Below, in pieces: positions 61,000-64,000 of a stretch of 64,000 nucleotides of DNA; within the stretch, counting starts at the first letter, position 1, and the number at the start of each line of letters is the position of its first letter. The notes under the pieces were generated by a model. It was not told the origin of the DNA. It did not search any database and was given only the letters and a program-made list of their open reading frames with translations. The DNA is from Leucoraja ocellata (Eukaryota), in the NCBI GenBank assembly GCA_036785375.1, contig JAWMAR010001015.1, positions 1-64,000 on the forward strand, read 5' to 3'. The position numbers and the translations under genes were made by a program.

Positions 61000-61905
61000 A
61001 GTCAAGTCAAGTCAAGTCAAGTTTATTTGTCACATACACATACGAGATGTGCAGTGAAATGAAAGTGGCAATGCTCGCGGACTTTTGTGCAAAAGACAAA
61101 CAACAAAACAACCAAACAAATTATAAACACAATCATAACACACATATTCTTTTACATTATAAATAATGGAAGGAAAAACGTTTAGTAGAGTTAGTCCCTG
61201 GTGAGATAGGCATTTACAGTCCGAATTGCCTCTGGGAAGAAACTCCTTCTCAACCTCTCCGTTCTCACCGCATGGCAACGGAGGCGTTTGCCTGACCGTA
61301 GCAGCTGGAACAGTCCGTTGCAGGGGTGGAAGGGGTCTCCCATGATTTTATTTGCTCTGGAGTTGCACCTCCTGTTGTATAGTTCCTGCAGGGGGGTGAG
61401 TGAAGTTCCCATAGTGCGTTCGGCCGAACGCACTACTCTCTGCAGAGCCTTCTTGTCCTTGGCAGAGCAATTCCCAAACCAGATGGTAATGTTCCCGGAC
61501 AAGATGCTTTCCACCGCCGCTGCGTAGAAGCACTGGAGGATCCTCGGAGACACTCTGAATTTCCTCAATTGCCTGAGGTGGTAAAGGCGCTGCCTTGCCT
61601 TACTCACGAGTGCTGAGGCGTGTGATGCCCATGTCATATCCTCAGTGATGTGGACTCCCAGATACTTAAAACAGTTCACCCTATCCACAGGATCCCTATT
61701 TATCCTCAATGGAGTGTACGTCCTCGGATGATGTGCCCTCCTAAAGTCCATGATCAGCTCCTTTGTTTTTTTGATGTTCAAGAGGAGGCTGTTATCCTGG
61801 CACCAGAGTGCTAGATCAGCCACCTCCTCCCGGTAGGCCTTCTCATCGTTGTCTGAGATCAGGCCCACCACCACAGTGTCATCAGCAAACTTAATTATTG
61901 AATTA
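61000..61905 (-). mobile_element. Rex1/Babar 3' fragment nested in CR1
   Basis: ORF 61191-61874(-) beginning at (K)FADDTVVVGLIS; (ttgac)n tail. Confidence 0.88.
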
Positions 61906-61921
61906 GGTAGACTGGAAAGGG

Positions 61922-62046
61922 TTCAAGAAGGAACTGCAGATGCTGGAAGACCGAAGGTACACAAAAATGCTGGAGAAACTCAGCGGGTGCAGCAGCATCT
62001 ATGGAGCGAAGGAAATAGGCGACGTTTCGGGTGGAAACCCTTCTTC
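61922..62046 (-). mobile_element. Short Penelope-terminal-repeat-derived element with 13-bp flanking duplication
   Basis: agactggaaaggg at 61909-61921 and 62047-62059; contains CTGAAGA-stem-GAAACGTC on the minus strand. Confidence 0.65.
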
Positions 62047-64000
62047 AGACTGGAAAGGGATCCTAGCAGGAATGACGGTGGAACAGCAATGGCAGGAATT
62101 TCTGGGCATAATCCGGAAGATGCAGGATCATTTCATTCCAAAAAGGAAGAAAGATTCTAAGGGGAGTAGGAGGCAACCGTGGCTGACAAGAGAAGTTAGG
62201 GATAGAATAAAACTAAAATAAAAGATGTATAACACAGCAAAGAGTAGCCAGAAGCCAGAGGATTGGGAAACTTTCATAGGACAACAGAAAGAAACAAAAC
62301 GGGCAATACATGCTGAAAAGATGAAGTACGAGGGGAAGCTGGCCAGGAATATAAAGAAGGACAGTAAAAGCTTATTTGATATGTTAAGGGAAAAAGAGTA
62401 GCAAAGACAAATGTGGGTCCCTTGAAGGCAGACATGGGTGAAATTATTATGGGAAACAAGGAAATGGCAGAAGAGTTGAACAAGTACTTCGGATCTGTCT
62501 TCACTAAGGAAGACACATACAATCTCCCAGAAGTAATGGAAGACAGAGGATCTAACGGGGCAGAGGAAATGAAAGACATTTTCATTAGGTGAGAAATAGT
62601 ATTGGGTAGGCTAATGGGACTAAAGGATGATAAATCCCCTGGGCCTGATGGTCTGCATCCCAGGGAGGTGGTTCTAGAAATAGTGGATGCATTGGTGATC
62701 ATTTTCCAATGTTCAATAGATTCAGGATCAGTTCCTGTGGATTGGAGGATAGCTAATGTTATCCCACTTTTCAAGAAAGGAGCGAGAGAGAAAACGGGGA
62801 ATTACAGACCAGTTAGCCTGACTTCGGTGATGGGAAAGATGCTGGAGTCTATTATTAAAGAGTAAATAATGGGGCATTTAGATAGCAGTAAAAGGATTAG
62901 TCCAAGTCAGCATGGATTTATGAAAGGAAAATCATGTTTGACTAATCTTCTGGAATTTTTTGAGGATGTGACAAGTAAAATGGATGAAGGGGTCCCAGTG
63001 GAGGTAGTGTACCTAGACTTTCAGAAAGCCTTTGATAAGGTCCCGCACGGGAGACTGGTGACTAAAATTAGAGCACATGGTATTGGGGGGTAGGGTGTTG
63101 ACATGAATAGAAAATTGGTTGGCAGACCGGAAGCAAAGAGTAGGAAAGAACGGGTCCTTTTCAGAATGGCAGTCAGTGGCGAGTGGAGTGCCGCAAGGCT
63201 CGGTGTTGGGGCCGCAACTGTTTACCATATATATTAATGATTTGCAAGAGGGAATTAGGAGCAACACTAGCAAGTTTGCGGATGACACAAAGCTGGGTGG
63301 CAGTGTGAACTGTGAAGAGGATGTTAGGAGGTTGCAGGGTAACCTGGACAGGTTGAGTGAGTGGGCAGATGCGTGGCAGATGCAGTATAATATAGATAAA
63401 TGTGAGGTTATCCACTTTGGCGGCAAAAACAAGGGGGCAGATTATTATCTCAATGGGGTTAGGTTAGGCAAGGGGGAGGTACAGCGAGACCTGGGTGTCC
63501 TTGTACACCAGTCACTGAAAATTGGCGGGCAGGTACAGCAGGCCGTGAAGAATGCTAATGGAATGTTGGCCTTCATAACAATAGGATTTCAGTATAGGAG
63601 TAGAGAGGCTCTTCTGCAGTTGTATAGGGCTCTGGTGAGACCACATCTGGAGTATTGTATACTGCTTTGGTCTCCTAATTTGAGGAAGGACGCTGGTGTT
63701 TAGAAGGATGAGGGGGAGATCTTATAGAAACATATAAAATTATAAAAGGACTGGACAAGCTAGATGCAGGAAAAAATGTTCCCAATATTGGGCGAGTCCA
63801 GACCCAAGGGCCTCAGTCTGAGAATAATGGGGAGGCCATAATGGGGAGGCCATAACTGAGGTGAGAATAAACTCTTTCACCCAGTGAGTTGTGAATTTGT
63901 GCAAGTCCCTACCACAGAGGAGGCCAAATTACTGGATGGATTTAAGAGAGAGTTAGATAGGGCTCTAGGGGCTGGTGGAATCAAGGGATATGGGGGGAAG

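Larger units (their letters stand above)
60110..64000 (+). mobile_element. Long degenerate CR1 LINE (APE + RT), with nested inserts, running off the window
   Basis: LYMNVRS, GITETWL, YRPP, MGDFN, SDH, GPDGLHPR, QHGF, KAFDKV, GVPQGSVLGP, FADDTK motifs across frameshifted ORFs. Confidence 0.92.

Overview
This is vertebrate genomic DNA, not microbial. The window holds one nearly complete cartilaginous-fish immunoglobulin heavy-chain minilocus of the IgW class (called IgX in skates) on the + strand; a skate (Rajidae) is the most likely source. The order is leader (20227) - VH - D1 - D2 - JH with intact 23 | 12/22 | 12/12 | 23 RSSs, then CH1, a cysteine-rich short secretory tail exon, CH3, CH4, CH5, and CH6 with tailpiece and poly(A) signal, then TM1 (59841-59980). 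Two architectural anomalies stand out. (1) I find no CH2 exon; a CR1 fragment lies where it should be. (2) Three tandem copies of a diverged CH3-like/CH4-like exon pair lie downstream of the secretory tailpiece and upstream of TM1, giving 11 C-domain exons. CH6 has no splice donor at its tailpiece junction, so membrane IgW must bypass CH6 and may be built from this separate, expandable cassette. The J-CH1 intron carries an AGCT-rich, G/C-skewed 20-bp minisatellite reminiscent of a switch region. The rest is dense, often nested transposon sequence: CR1, Rex1/Babar, a full-length L1 with TSD, a complete-ended DIRS1 with ITRs and ICR, Penelope remnants with hammerhead-like cores, Harbinger-, hAT- and Tigger-like TIR elements, and SINEs. 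There is one 198-bp N gap. Isotype and domain numbering rest on remembered elasmobranch Ig sequences, not on a database search.
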